Below, one piece after another: positions 18,120 to 28,159 of a stretch of 64,000 nt of DNA (position 1 is its first letter; every line of letters begins with the position of its first letter). Source of the DNA: an uncultured bacterium (GTDB lineage Bacteria > Hydrothermota > Tepidihabitantia > Tepidihabitantales > DTDR01). The notes under the pieces are model-generated. The model was given only the letters and a program-made list of their open reading frames with translations, searched no databases and had not been told where the DNA came from. The stretch spans positions 1,102 through 65,101 of the forward strand of contig CAZDHW010000009.1 in the NCBI GenBank assembly GCA_964505415.1. The letters run 5' to 3'. Position numbers and translations under genes: made by a program.

Positions 18120-18479
18120 ATTATTTATCTTTTCTACTAATTCTTCCAAAGCAAAGGGTTTTTCTAAATAATCTTCTATCCCCAAATTTTTAAGTTCCGC
18201 TTTCTTTTCTTGGGGGATATAGGCAGAAATAAAGATAATTTTTATTTCTTTTTTATTTTCCTTAAGTCTTTTATAAACCTCTATGCCATCAATACCGGGC
18301 ATAAGGATATCCATAATTACCAATTGAAAATTCCCGTTTTCCAATTTTTCTAACGCCAAAAAGCCATTTTCCGCATATTCAACCGAAAAACCGTTTATTT
18401 CTAAGAAACTTTTTAAAGTAAAACCTAATTGGTAATCGTCATCAACCAAAAGGATTTTTATCTTATTCATATTTTTCAA
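18072..18479 (-). CDS. Response regulator, receiver domain only (CheY-like)
   Basis: KILLVDDD...LVIMDILMPGIDG...K motif set. 135 aa with no output domain. Confidence 0.8.
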   Translation of the reverse strand: MKNMNKIKILLVDDDYQLGFTLKSFLEINGFSVEYAENGFLALEKLENGNFQLVIMDILMPGIDGIEVYKRLKENKKEIKIIFISAYIPQEKKAELKNLGIEDYLEKPFALEELVEKINNLGSLTEEKNKPTCYL

Positions 18480-19917
18480 AAGTTATTACTGCTTTCGTTC
18501 CTTTTCCTTCTTCCGAAAAGATTTCAATCTTACTATCGTTTAATTCCAAAAGATATTTTGCTAAAAAAAGACCCAAACCTATTCCCTTCTCTTTAGTCGT
18601 GTAAAAGGGCTCAAAAATCTTTTTTAAATCCCTCTTCTTAATTCCGCCACCATTATCAGTAATAATCAATCTCAGCTTACCATTATTAACTTCATAATTA
18701 ACTGTTATCTCACCTTTCGCTTTTATACTCTCAACACTATTTTTAATAATATTATTTAAGGCATGCTTCAACTGTCTTCTATTCCCATAAATCTTTATTT
18801 GCTCATCCAAAAGATTATTAAACTTAATATTATTATTCACCATAACTTCTCTTTTTATTTCTTCTATTAAATCTTTCAATAAAATAACATCTTTCTCAGC
18901 TTTCTCACCCTTAGAAATCTTCAAAAAGGTATCAATAGTTGCTCTCATACTATCAACCGCCTTACCCATTATCTCCAAATAAACATTTCTTTTATCTTCT
19001 TCTTTTATCGCCTTCAAAAGATAAAGACAATTGCTTATAGTTGCCAAAGGGTTTTTCAGTTCGTGGATAATAAATCCCATCAGCTTACCAAAAAAGAGAA
19101 ATTGCCTATTCTTTTCTTCTGCTATTTTTCTTTTAACTTCTTTAAAGAATAAGAAAATTAAAAGAAAGTTAATAAAGATTATCAAAAACCAAAGTGGTTT
19201 AAGATATCTTCCCGTTCGTTGGTAAATATTATTTTTGGCTTTTTTCAATTCTAAATAAAAAATCGGGTTATTATTATAATCTTTTAAGGAGATAAAATTT
19301 TCTTTTGGCAATTCCTTACTTAAAATAAAATCAGTCTTGGTGGCTTCTTTTATTAAAGGAAAACTTTTTTCTAATATTCTCCCCACCAAAATAAAACCAG
19401 CATATTCTCCTTCTTGATTAAAATCCTCACTCCGATTGATCAAAGAGCCGGCAACATTTAAAATCTTATTATCACTACTTCTTACAAAAAAGCAAAGATT
19501 TTTCTTATTTTTCAGTTTATCTAATATTGGCTGAAAATCAAAAGTTAAAGGTTGGGTTTGGTGATACAATTGACCATCTTTATCAAAGATATAGGCAAAA
19601 TCTAATTTTACTACTTTTATCCAATTATCAATATTATCCCTAAACCATTCTTCATCTTTTTTATCTCTTTTGACTTGCTCAAACAATTCACTCCAAACAC
19701 CCAATTCCAACACCTGATTTAACAAATTCTCCTTCTTACTTTCTAAAAAATATTCCAATCTCTCCAGTGAATACTTCTCTTCCATTTTTTCTGTATCTCT
19801 TATTGCCTTTTTTAAAATTAAAAAATTATAATGGCTAAAAAAGATAAATAAGAAAATCAAACCGAAGATACAAATTTTAATTTTATCAAAAAATAAAAAG
19901 ATTTTTAGCCTTTTCAT
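18463..19917 (-). CDS. Sensor histidine kinase (membrane-anchored, periplasmic sensor domain)
   Basis: Two TM segments. H-box HELKNPLATISN. HATPase N, G1 and G2 boxes (NNIIKNSVES, DNGGGI, GIGLGL). Confidence 0.8.
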   Translation of the reverse strand: MKRLKIFLFFDKIKICIFGLIFLFIFFSHYNFLILKKAIRDTEKMEEKYSLERLEYFLESKKENLLNQVLELGVWSELFEQVKRDKKDEEWFRDNIDNWIKVVKLDFAYIFDKDGQLYHQTQPLTFDFQPILDKLKNKKNLCFFVRSSDNKILNVAGSLINRSEDFNQEGEYAGFILVGRILEKSFPLIKEATKTDFILSKELPKENFISLKDYNNNPIFYLELKKAKNNIYQRTGRYLKPLWFLIIFINFLLIFLFFKEVKRKIAEEKNRQFLFFGKLMGFIIHELKNPLATISNCLYLLKAIKEEDKRNVYLEIMGKAVDSMRATIDTFLKISKGEKAEKDVILLKDLIEEIKREVMVNNNIKFNNLLDEQIKIYGNRRQLKHALNNIIKNSVESIKAKGEITVNYEVNNGKLRLIITDNGGGIKKRDLKKIFEPFYTTKEKGIGLGLFLAKYLLELNDSKIEIFSEEGKGTKAVITFEKYE

Positions 19918-20278
19918 ACCTCCTTCCCTCTTTAATAATTATAATAAAAATTTTTCAATTTGTCAACATAATTTTTCCTATTTAATTAAGAGATTTTTCG
20001 CCGTGAGCCCAGATTGCCAATGTTAATAATAAGCGAGAAGATAATGGTTTCCATCTAAGCCTTGGAAGTGGTAATAAAAAATTGCGGGAGAATAAATTTA
20101 TAAATAATGTCAATGGTGCTAATAATGATTGAAAATAATGGAATTTTTATTTATCCTTTAAAAGGACTATTACCAAAAAAGGAAGGTAGGCATTCCCTGA
20201 ATGGTGGGGGTATTAAAAGGGATGTTTTTTTATTTTTTTAAATTCTTTGGCAATTGACTAAATAAAGCTTGTTAATAT

Positions 20279-20695
20279 TTAAACATCAAAGATAACGGTC
20301 GCTTTATAAATATCTTCTTTTTTTATTGAAAAAAGATGATAGGTTGGGGTTTTTAATTCAATTTTTATTGGGTGGCGCTCTTTATCAAATTTTTCTCCCA
20401 ACAAAACTCCTTTCAAAGCGGTATAACTATTTTCAATCTTTAAATCTTTTATATTTTTGGCTAAAAAATGTTCAGTAGAAAAGATAAAGATAAGCTCCCG
20501 TAAAAAATTCATAAATAAATCTTCTAAATCTTCACCAAAAACTTCAATCTCTTTTTCCATTTTTATTTCTACTTTTTCAATATCTGTTAGATTATCAGTG
20601 ACACAGTATAAGGCATTGGAAAAAAGTTCTTCAATTGTTTTGCCATAAATCTCAACGCCCAAATCGGAAGTGTGGGGGATTAATTTATATCTCAT
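20279..20695 (-). CDS. Archease (RtcB ligase activator family)
   Basis: N-terminal HTSDLGVEIYGKTIEELF and C-terminal ATVIFDV match the archease pattern. 138 aa. Confidence 0.75.
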   Translation of the reverse strand: MRYKLIPHTSDLGVEIYGKTIEELFSNALYCVTDNLTDIEKVEIKMEKEIEVFGEDLEDLFMNFLRELIFIFSTEHFLAKNIKDLKIENSYTALKGVLLGEKFDKERHPIKIELKTPTYHLFSIKKEDIYKATVIFDV

Positions 20696-21197
20696 AATTT
20701 TTATAGATTTTTGCTAATTGGTAATAATGCTCACTGGCCTTTTTTATCATTTGGATATCTTTCTCGCTTAACTCCCTTTTTATCTCTGCCGGAATACCAG
20801 CAACCAAGGTATTTTCGGGAACAACAAAATTTTCTTTAACCACACTCCCAGCAGCAACAATCACATTTTTATTTATTACCGCACCATTAAGAATAATTGC
20901 GCCCATACCAATCATCACATAATCATTGATCTTACAACCATGAATTATCGCCCGATGACCAACCGTTACATAATTGCCAATCTCTAAAAGAAAACTTTTA
21001 TCAGTATGGACAACTACATAATCTTGTAAATTGGTATATTCACCAATTTTTATTTTTTCTGTATCACCCCTTATTATAGTGCCAAACCAAACACTGCTTC
21101 CTTTGCCAATCTCCACATCGCCAATAATTATTGCTCCTTTACTTATATAAACCGAATCATCAATCTTTGGTTTTTTATTTAAAAACTCTTTTATCAT
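20685..21197 (-). CDS. Gamma-class carbonic anhydrase family / hexapeptide-repeat (left-handed beta-helix) protein
   Basis: Repeated [LIV]G..x.I hexapeptide units. Conserved HGC and VHTD-type metal ligands typical of gamma-CA/PaaY/CaiE. Confidence 0.7.
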   Translation of the reverse strand: MIKEFLNKKPKIDDSVYISKGAIIIGDVEIGKGSSVWFGTIIRGDTEKIKIGEYTNLQDYVVVHTDKSFLLEIGNYVTVGHRAIIHGCKINDYVMIGMGAIILNGAVINKNVIVAAGSVVKENFVVPENTLVAGIPAEIKRELSEKDIQMIKKASEHYYQLAKIYKNYEI

Positions 21198-21450
21198 CTA
21201 TAAAAAATAATAAAAAAATATTTTTTTTCAATACTACCAAAAAACCCTGTCTCAATTTTTTAAGTTATTGATATTTTATAACTTATAAAATTTTTTGATT
21301 AGTTTTTATAAACTGTCGCATCACCCTTTCTTTTTTCTTCTGTTTTTCCTTCTTTCACTTTTATCTAAATCTTTTATTTTCAATAACTTATTTTATTTAA
21401 AAATTATTAAAATGGCATAGGTTTTTAATTATTAATCTAATAAGGGTGCT

Positions 21451-22824
21451 ATGGCTATTAATGGGAAATTGAATTTAAAGAGATTTCTTATTTGCGAAAG
21501 CCTTTTTATTTCTGCTGGTTTGATGACTATGGGATTATTGTTAAGTAAATTTTTAGGTTTTTTAAGAGAAATTCTTATTGCTAAGGTCTTTGGCGTTTCT
21601 TATTTATGTGATGCCTATTTGGTAGCGATTCTTTTTCCAATTTCCATAATGGGAGCTGTAAGCCAGTCAATGGGGGTTTCTTTAATTCCTTTATTCTCTA
21701 AAAAGGATTTTTCTAAATACCATTTATCACTTTTTATTATTTCTTTATTCTCTTTATTTTTCTCTTTTTTAGTTTTTCTTTTTCCGCAATTAGTAATCAA
21801 TGTTATTGGTCAAGGATTTCCGATTACAGTAAAAGAGCAAGCAAAGATTCTTTTGAGAAATATGGCACCAGCAGTATTTTTTATTGGCATTTCCGGATTT
21901 TTGAATGCCTTCTCCTATGTAAATAAAAATTATTTCTTTCCAGCGCTCTCGGGAATTTTATATAATAGCGGTCTAATTTTGGGAATAGTTTATCTTTACA
22001 AACTATTTTCTCTTTCCGGATTGGCTTTTTCGGTTAATCTGGCTTCTTTTCTTTATATTTTACTTCCTTTAACTTTCTTTTTAAAAAGAGAAAAAGCCAT
22101 AAGAAATTTAAATATTGCCAAAGAAGAAGCCTTATATTTTTTGAAATTTTTATTTTTAAGTTTTCTTCCCTATCTTTTGGTAAGTTCGGTTTCCCAAATC
22201 AATGTGGCAATTGACCGAGCGATTGCTTCTTTCTTGGAAGAAGGTAGTATTTCCGCACTCAATTTTGCTTACAAAATTATTGAGTTGCCTTTAGGTATTT
22301 TTGGCTTTGCCTTTGCTACGGTCTTAATGCCCTATTTTTCCGAAAAGTTTTATAACGGTGAAAAAGAACAGATGATTAAGCAGGCCAACAATTTCCTTTT
22401 CTTTTTATCTTTAATTATTTTGCCGATAACCTTGGCTTTTATTTTGTTAAATGAAGAGATAATAAGAATTGTCTATTTTCGTGGTGCCTTCAACGAAAAA
22501 GCTTTAATAATGACTAAAGAAGCTCTTAGCTTTTATTCCTTAGGTTTATTGGCTTATTGTGCTAACTTAATTCTTATCCGCTTGTTCTGGTCAATGGGAG
22601 AGATAAAATTGCCAATAATTATCAGTACCATTGCGGTATTATTAAATCTTATTTTAGACCTAATTTTGGCAAAATTCCTTTCTTATAAAGGCTTGGCATT
22701 AGCAACTTCTTTAAGTGGTATTTTCCGTTTTTTACTTTTTGCTTTTTGCCTTTCTTATTATTTTCAATTCCGGCTAAGATTAGTAAATTGGAAAGAAATT
22801 TTTAATGGTAAATATGATGGTTAA
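21451..22824 (+). CDS. MurJ/MviN-family (MOP superfamily) lipid-linked oligosaccharide flippase
   Basis: N-terminal LGFLREILIAKVFGVSYLCDAYLVAILFP matches the MurJ signature (GFaRDa.iAr.FGag..tDAFfvAfklP). 14 TM. Confidence 0.65.
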   Translation: MAINGKLNLKRFLICESLFISAGLMTMGLLLSKFLGFLREILIAKVFGVSYLCDAYLVAILFPISIMGAVSQSMGVSLIPLFSKKDFSKYHLSLFIISLFSLFFSFLVFLFPQLVINVIGQGFPITVKEQAKILLRNMAPAVFFIGISGFLNAFSYVNKNYFFPALSGILYNSGLILGIVYLYKLFSLSGLAFSVNLASFLYILLPLTFFLKREKAIRNLNIAKEEALYFLKFLFLSFLPYLLVSSVSQINVAIDRAIASFLEEGSISALNFAYKIIELPLGIFGFAFATVLMPYFSEKFYNGEKEQMIKQANNFLFFLSLIILPITLAFILLNEEIIRIVYFRGAFNEKALIMTKEALSFYSLGLLAYCANLILIRLFWSMGEIKLPIIISTIAVLLNLILDLILAKFLSYKGLALATSLSGIFRFLLFAFCLSYYFQFRLRLVNWKEIFNGKYDG

Positions 22825-24142
22825 AAGAAATGCCCTCAATTTCTTTTTGATTATCTTCTTTTTCTTTATTTCCTTTTTATTTTTCTTTATTACCCAAAAA
22901 TATAACTTCCAAATTTCTTTACTTATCTTTCTTTTGCCTTTCTTTTTACTCTTTATCTTTTTATACCCAGAAATCGGCTTAAATTTCATTTTAAACGAAC
23001 CCCTTCTTTATTTTATCTTACCCATTTTGCCAATTGCTGAAGGTTTTAGAAGAGCATCATTCACCCTCTTTATCTTTTTCCTTTTATTAATTGCTTTTAT
23101 CTACCAGATAGTGAAAAATCCAAAGGTTATTCACCATTTTATTTCTCAACTTAAAAAACCCCTATTTATCTTACTGGCGATAATTGGTCTCTGTCTTTTT
23201 ATCAGCGTAAGTAGATTGCCTTTAGCTTTTTTGGAATACGGCTATGTAAAATTCTTTTCTTTTCTTTTGCTTGCCTTTTTGCCTTCTTTGGCACTTCTCT
23301 TTTTAGGCAACGAAGAAAAAAGATTAAAAAGATTTATTTTCGCTTTTGCCTTTTTTACTTTCCTCTTTTTTGTTTATGCCAATTTTTTGATTATGAAAGA
23401 AGGAATTGAAAATTTTTTGGAAAAAGAAATTATTCCTTATCGTTTAGGCTTTTCTTTAAGTTGCGTTGTCTTTGGTCGCTGGGCAGGAATTGGTGTTTTA
23501 TTAGCTTTTCTTTTATTTATCACTACCAGAAACAAACTTGTTAAAATAATTGTCCTTCTTTTACTTCCGGTTCTTTTATATCTTTTACTCTTATCTGCAA
23601 CCCGGGGAGCAATTTTGGCTTTGGCAATTACCCTTTTTACTTTCTTCTTTTTGAGATTGAAGAATTTTAAAGAAAAGATTGCCCTTATCCTTCTCTTTAT
23701 CTTTCTTTTCTTTATCTTCTATTCTTTAATCCCTTCAATTATCAGAGAACGATTAACCTATTTTGAAGATGAAAGTGCTCTTAATCGTTTAGAATTTATT
23801 GGCCTGGCATTTCAAAACTTTTTCTCTTCGCCATTATTAGGCAAAGGTTTAGGGACTTTTCCTTATTATAATTACCATTCGCTCTATCCCCACAATATCT
23901 TTGCCGAATTTGCTTGTGAGACCGGTTTCTTAGGTCTTATTCCTTTTTTACTTTTTATCTTCTTTGCTTTTAAAGAGATGTTTAAAAGATTAAAAGTAAA
24001 AGAAATTACTTCCCTCTTCCCGGCTTTTCTTTTTCTTTATCTTTTTGTCTCCAGTCAATTTTCTTTTGATATTGGTAATAATTCTCTTTTATTTTTTGCT
24101 GGTATTTTTTTGAGTTTAAAGGAAGAAAAAAATGAAAAATAG
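22805..24142 (+). CDS. O-antigen ligase/polymerase (Wzy_C) family membrane protein
   Basis: Polytopic. Large periplasmic loop region with SATRGAILALAI-type motif characteristic of Wzy_C/O-antigen ligase. Confidence 0.55.
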   Translation: MVNMMVKRNALNFFLIIFFFFISFLFFFITQKYNFQISLLIFLLPFFLLFIFLYPEIGLNFILNEPLLYFILPILPIAEGFRRASFTLFIFFLLLIAFIYQIVKNPKVIHHFISQLKKPLFILLAIIGLCLFISVSRLPLAFLEYGYVKFFSFLLLAFLPSLALLFLGNEEKRLKRFIFAFAFFTFLFFVYANFLIMKEGIENFLEKEIIPYRLGFSLSCVVFGRWAGIGVLLAFLLFITTRNKLVKIIVLLLLPVLLYLLLLSATRGAILALAITLFTFFFLRLKNFKEKIALILLFIFLFFIFYSLIPSIIRERLTYFEDESALNRLEFIGLAFQNFFSSPLLGKGLGTFPYYNYHSLYPHNIFAEFACETGFLGLIPFLLFIFFAFKEMFKRLKVKEITSLFPAFLFLYLFVSSQFSFDIGNNSLLFFAGIFLSLKEEKNEK

Positions 24143-26303
24143 ATTCTTATTACTTGCCGATATCAATTTGGCGACCTTTGAAGGTTCTACCGCCCATTTT
24201 TTAGGAGTTTTAACTGGCTTTAAGAAATTAAAACTTTCACCAATAGTTCTATTGCCTAAACCTTATCCCCCATTAAATGCCCTTCTCAAAAAGAATTTGG
24301 AAGAAATCCAAATCCATTTTTATCCTTCTTTTGGTGATTATTCTTCTTTTATGAGCAAATTACGCTATTTTTTAAGCCTTATTTATTTCTTAAGAATATT
24401 AATAAAAAATAAACCAAATATTATCTATTGCCGTTTTATGCCGTTATTCCTTTTCCATTTAGTAATTGCTAAGATTTTAAAAAAGAAAATAATCTTAGAA
24501 GTTAATAATACCCCTACCGATTTTTCTTATCGGCGCAATTTTGGCTCTTTTCTTAATAAATTAATTCCGCTATTTTACCTTTTAAGTGGAAAAATCGCTG
24601 ATAAATTAATCGTTGTTGCCAGTGGTATGAGAAAGGACTTAATAAATTTGGGAATTGATAAAAGAAAAATTGCTCTTATTCCTAACGGTACTAATCCTGA
24701 AATCTTTAAACCCCAGAAGTCGGTAATAAAGAAGAACTTTTATGTTGGTTTTCTTTCTAAAATTGATAACTACCACGATTTTGAAAAGATAATTACTCTC
24801 AGTGAAGTCTTAAAAGAAGAAAAAGAAATCAAATTTCTTATCATTGGTAAAGTTGAAAATCCTAAATTAAAAGCCGAGATAAAAATGAGAAATTTAGAAG
24901 AAAAATTTATCTTTACCGGAGAAATCCCCTATTTCCAAGTACCTTTTCATATTAATCTTTTCGATATTGCTCTCATCACCACTCCCCAGAAATTTTGTGG
25001 TTATACCTCACCAATTAAACTCTTTGATTATGCTGGTTGTGGCAAGATTATCCTTGTTAATAAAGAATTGGTTAAAAAAGAAAAAAGTTTGCGGGCAATT
25101 CCGATGATTACTTATTCTTCAGTAGCTGATTTAAAAGAAAAGATTTTGCTGATTAAAGATAATTATCACTACTATTTAGAAAATTACGGCGAAAAGGCAA
25201 GGCAGTCAGTTTTAAAGAGATACAACTGGGTGACAATTGTTAAAAAATCGCTAAAAGGAATTACGGAATTAGAAGAAAGCAAGAAAAGAAAAATTAAAAA
25301 GAAAATCATCTTACAGGTTATTGGCAATTTGAGTGGTGGCGGCGCTCAGACATTACTTTTAAATTTCTTAAAAGAAAAAGAGGCCCAGAAATTTAATTTT
25401 GAAATCTTTACTTTTAAAAAGAAATATTCCCTTTTAACTTTTATCAATTTGTTAAAGAAAATAAAGAAAGTTAAACCGGATATTATCCATGCCCACCTAT
25501 TTCCGGAACTTTATTATGTTGCTTTTGCTTCTTTCTTCTATAAAAAACCAAAATATCTTTATACCGAACATAACATCTTTAACCGCCGCCAAAAATATAA
25601 ATTTCTTTATCCCTTAGAAAGCTTTGTCTATCAACGATATGATAAAATAATTGCTTGTGCCCATATGGTAAAAGAACAGTTAACCAAATACCTTCCCCAA
25701 ATAAAAGAAAAAATAGTTGTTATCCCTAACGGTTTTTCTCTTAACGAAAAGGAGATAAAAGAAAATGAAGAAAAGGCAGATTTGTGCTTTATTGGCCGGC
25801 TGGAAGAGCAAAAGGGAGTTGATATCCTCTTGGCGGCATTAAAGATTTTAAAGGAAAAAGGAATTTCACCGAAAACTTTTATTGTTGGCTATGGCAGTTG
25901 GGAAGAAAGATTAAAAGCTTTAAGAGAAAAGGAAAAACTTTTTAACATAAAGTTTTTGGGAAAAAGAGAAGATGCCCTTTCCTTTTTGAAAGCCAGCAAG
26001 ATTTTTGTTTTACCCTCCCGGTGGGAAGGTTTGCCAATCACGATTTTAGAAGCGGCTTCATTAAAAAAACCAATAATTGTTACCAATGTTGGTGGCGTAA
26101 AAGAAGTTTTAACGGAAGAAGAGGCAATGATTATTGAAAAAGAAGAACCACAACTTTTGGCTAACGCCATTGAAGAACTGCTTTTTAATGAAAAACTACA
26201 AAAAGAGTTTGCGGAAAAAGCCTATGTCAAAGTAAGCAATCATTTTTCCATAAAAACTTTTAGTAAGAAAATGGCAAGTTTATACGAAAGTTTGTTAAAA
26301 TGA
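24132..26303 (+). CDS. Tandem glycosyltransferase (two GT-B/GT4-like domains fused)
   Basis: C-terminal half carries GT4 EX7E-type region (GRLEEQKGVDILL...LPSRWEGLPITILEAASLKKPII). N-terminal half has an independent GT-B-like Rossmann pattern. 723 aa. Confidence 0.65.
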   Translation: MKNRFLLLADINLATFEGSTAHFLGVLTGFKKLKLSPIVLLPKPYPPLNALLKKNLEEIQIHFYPSFGDYSSFMSKLRYFLSLIYFLRILIKNKPNIIYCRFMPLFLFHLVIAKILKKKIILEVNNTPTDFSYRRNFGSFLNKLIPLFYLLSGKIADKLIVVASGMRKDLINLGIDKRKIALIPNGTNPEIFKPQKSVIKKNFYVGFLSKIDNYHDFEKIITLSEVLKEEKEIKFLIIGKVENPKLKAEIKMRNLEEKFIFTGEIPYFQVPFHINLFDIALITTPQKFCGYTSPIKLFDYAGCGKIILVNKELVKKEKSLRAIPMITYSSVADLKEKILLIKDNYHYYLENYGEKARQSVLKRYNWVTIVKKSLKGITELEESKKRKIKKKIILQVIGNLSGGGAQTLLLNFLKEKEAQKFNFEIFTFKKKYSLLTFINLLKKIKKVKPDIIHAHLFPELYYVAFASFFYKKPKYLYTEHNIFNRRQKYKFLYPLESFVYQRYDKIIACAHMVKEQLTKYLPQIKEKIVVIPNGFSLNEKEIKENEEKADLCFIGRLEEQKGVDILLAALKILKEKGISPKTFIVGYGSWEERLKALREKEKLFNIKFLGKREDALSFLKASKIFVLPSRWEGLPITILEAASLKKPIIVTNVGGVKEVLTEEEAMIIEKEEPQLLANAIEELLFNEKLQKEFAEKAYVKVSNHFSIKTFSKKMASLYESLLK

Positions 26304-28159
26304 TGCAAAAGAAAATTATTCATATTCTTGGAGCTTCAAAGTTTGGTGGTATTGTTCAGTATTTGGCTTTTCTTATTGAGAGACAATTGAAAGATAATTA
26401 CCAAGTAGCAATTTTAACGGAAGACGAAAAGATAAAAAGTTATTTTCAAAAGCATTTTCCGCAAGTGAAAATAGTGACTACCAAAAAGGTTTATAAAAGA
26501 GAGATTTCGCCTTTCTATGACCTTTGGGCACTTTTAAGAACTATTAAGATTTTAAAAGGTTATTCGATTGTTCATACCCACACCTCTAAGGGTGGCTTTA
26601 TTGGCCGGCTGGCTGCCAAAATCTGTCGAATTCCATTGATCATCCATACTGCCCACGGGTTTGCCTTCCATGAGTTCTCCTCTAAAAAAGCAACCCTTTT
26701 CTATTCTTTTTTAGAAAGATTAGCTAGTTATTTTTGTGACAAAATTATCCTTCTTAATAAAAAGGATTACCAATTGGCTAAAAAATTTAAAATTGGCAAC
26801 GAAAAGAAATTGGCACTCATTTATAACGGCATTGATTACCAAAAAATTGAAAAAGAGAAGCCTGATTTTTCTATCCGGGAAAAATTGGGTTTAAAAGCCA
26901 AAGATTTCCTTATCACTTTTGTCGGTCGTTTATCACCACAAAAAAACCCCGAAATTTTAATTCGGGCAATGAAAGAACTGGTGAAAGAAAATAATAATAA
27001 AAAGATTTGTCTGTTACTAATTGGTGAAGACATGGGAGAAAAAGAAAAATTGTTGAGATTGATAAAGGAATTTCAGTTAACTAATAATGTCCACTTTTTA
27101 GACTTTGTGAAAAATCCCATTCCCCTTCTAAAAGCCAGTGATTGCTTTGTGCTTCCTTCCCTCTGGGAGGGATTATCAATCGCGCTGTTAGAAGCCATGG
27201 CCTCTTCCTTACCAGTAATTGCCTCCAATATCAAAGGGAATAACGAAATAATTACTGATGGAATAAATGGCTTCCTCTTTTTGCCCAATAATGAAAAGGA
27301 TTTAAAAGAAAAGATAATGCTTTTATTAAATAATGAAGAACTGCGACTAAAAATGGGAAAAGAGGGGAAAGAAACCATTATAAAAAGATTTTCTAAAGAA
27401 AGATTTCAAGAAGAAACAATGAAAATTTATAATTTTCGAAAAGAAAATAAAGAAGCTAACAAAAGAGAGAAAAATATTTCTCCATACTTAAATTCTTTTG
27501 CTAAAAGGACTTTTGACATTTTCTTTTCCCTCTTTTTATTAATCTTAACTTTACCACTTTTTATTCCTGTACTGCTAATCCAATTGTTTTATTTTAAAAA
27601 TAAACTCTTTTTCACTCAGGAACGAAGAGGAAGAAATTTGAAGATATTTAAAGTTTATAAATTCCGAACAATGAAAATTAATGCCGAAAAATTGAAAAGA
27701 GAAGACGGCTCTTCTCTTTATCTTAAAAACGACCCGCGGGTAACAAAATTTGGAAGATTTTTAAGAGAATTTGGTTTAGACGAATTGCCTCAAATATTTA
27801 ATGTTTTAAAAGGAGAAATGAGTATTGTGGGGCCGAGACCGGATGAAGTCTTACCTTTAGAGCTTTATAAAGATAAAACAAAATTTTTCGCTAAACCTGG
27901 TTTAACCAGTTTATCAATTATTAATGGCCGAAATAATTTGCCTTTAAATTTGAGAAACGAAATTGAAGGTTTTTATTGTCAAAAAGCATCGTTTATTTTG
28001 GATTTAAAAATTATTTTAAAAACAATTTTAATAATTTTAAAAAGAGAAGGAATTTATAATAAGCAGGAGGTGTGTGATGAGGAGCGCCTATTTATTAACT
28101 TTAAAGGGAGAGGGGTTTATGAAAAAATTAAATATTCTACCGGAAAATCTCGGAGCTAA
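26300..28159 (+). CDS. GT4 glycosyltransferase fused to C-terminal small phosphoglycosyl transferase (Bac_transf / PglC-WbaP-like) domain
   Basis: N-terminal GT4 motifs (GRLSPQKN, LPSLWEGLSIALLEAM). C-terminal re-entrant helix FDIFFSLFLLILTLPLFIPV plus KFRTM, DELPQ and SIVGPRP motifs of polyprenyl-phosphate sugar-1-P transferases. Confidence 0.75.
   Translation: MMQKKIIHILGASKFGGIVQYLAFLIERQLKDNYQVAILTEDEKIKSYFQKHFPQVKIVTTKKVYKREISPFYDLWALLRTIKILKGYSIVHTHTSKGGFIGRLAAKICRIPLIIHTAHGFAFHEFSSKKATLFYSFLERLASYFCDKIILLNKKDYQLAKKFKIGNEKKLALIYNGIDYQKIEKEKPDFSIREKLGLKAKDFLITFVGRLSPQKNPEILIRAMKELVKENNNKKICLLLIGEDMGEKEKLLRLIKEFQLTNNVHFLDFVKNPIPLLKASDCFVLPSLWEGLSIALLEAMASSLPVIASNIKGNNEIITDGINGFLFLPNNEKDLKEKIMLLLNNEELRLKMGKEGKETIIKRFSKERFQEETMKIYNFRKENKEANKREKNISPYLNSFAKRTFDIFFSLFLLILTLPLFIPVLLIQLFYFKNKLFFTQERRGRNLKIFKVYKFRTMKINAEKLKREDGSSLYLKNDPRVTKFGRFLREFGLDELPQIFNVLKGEMSIVGPRPDEVLPLELYKDKTKFFAKPGLTSLSIINGRNNLPLNLRNEIEGFYCQKASFILDLKIILKTILIILKREGIYNKQEVCDEERLFINFKGRGVYEKIKYSTGKSRS

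Noticed and set aside
20107-20241. 44-codon ORF (MSMVLIMIENNGIFIYPLKGLLPKKEGRHSLNGGGIKRDVFLFF) in the 360-bp spacer
   Set aside because: No RBS, no recognisable motif, and its length is within random expectation. Kept only as a note under the spacer finding.
28074-28118. N-terminal 15-codon extension of the GNAT-like ORF overlapping the upstream GT gene by 86 bp
   Set aside because: An internal ATG (MKKLN) right after the upstream stop gives a normal gene spacing. The extension is probably frame read-through of the caller.
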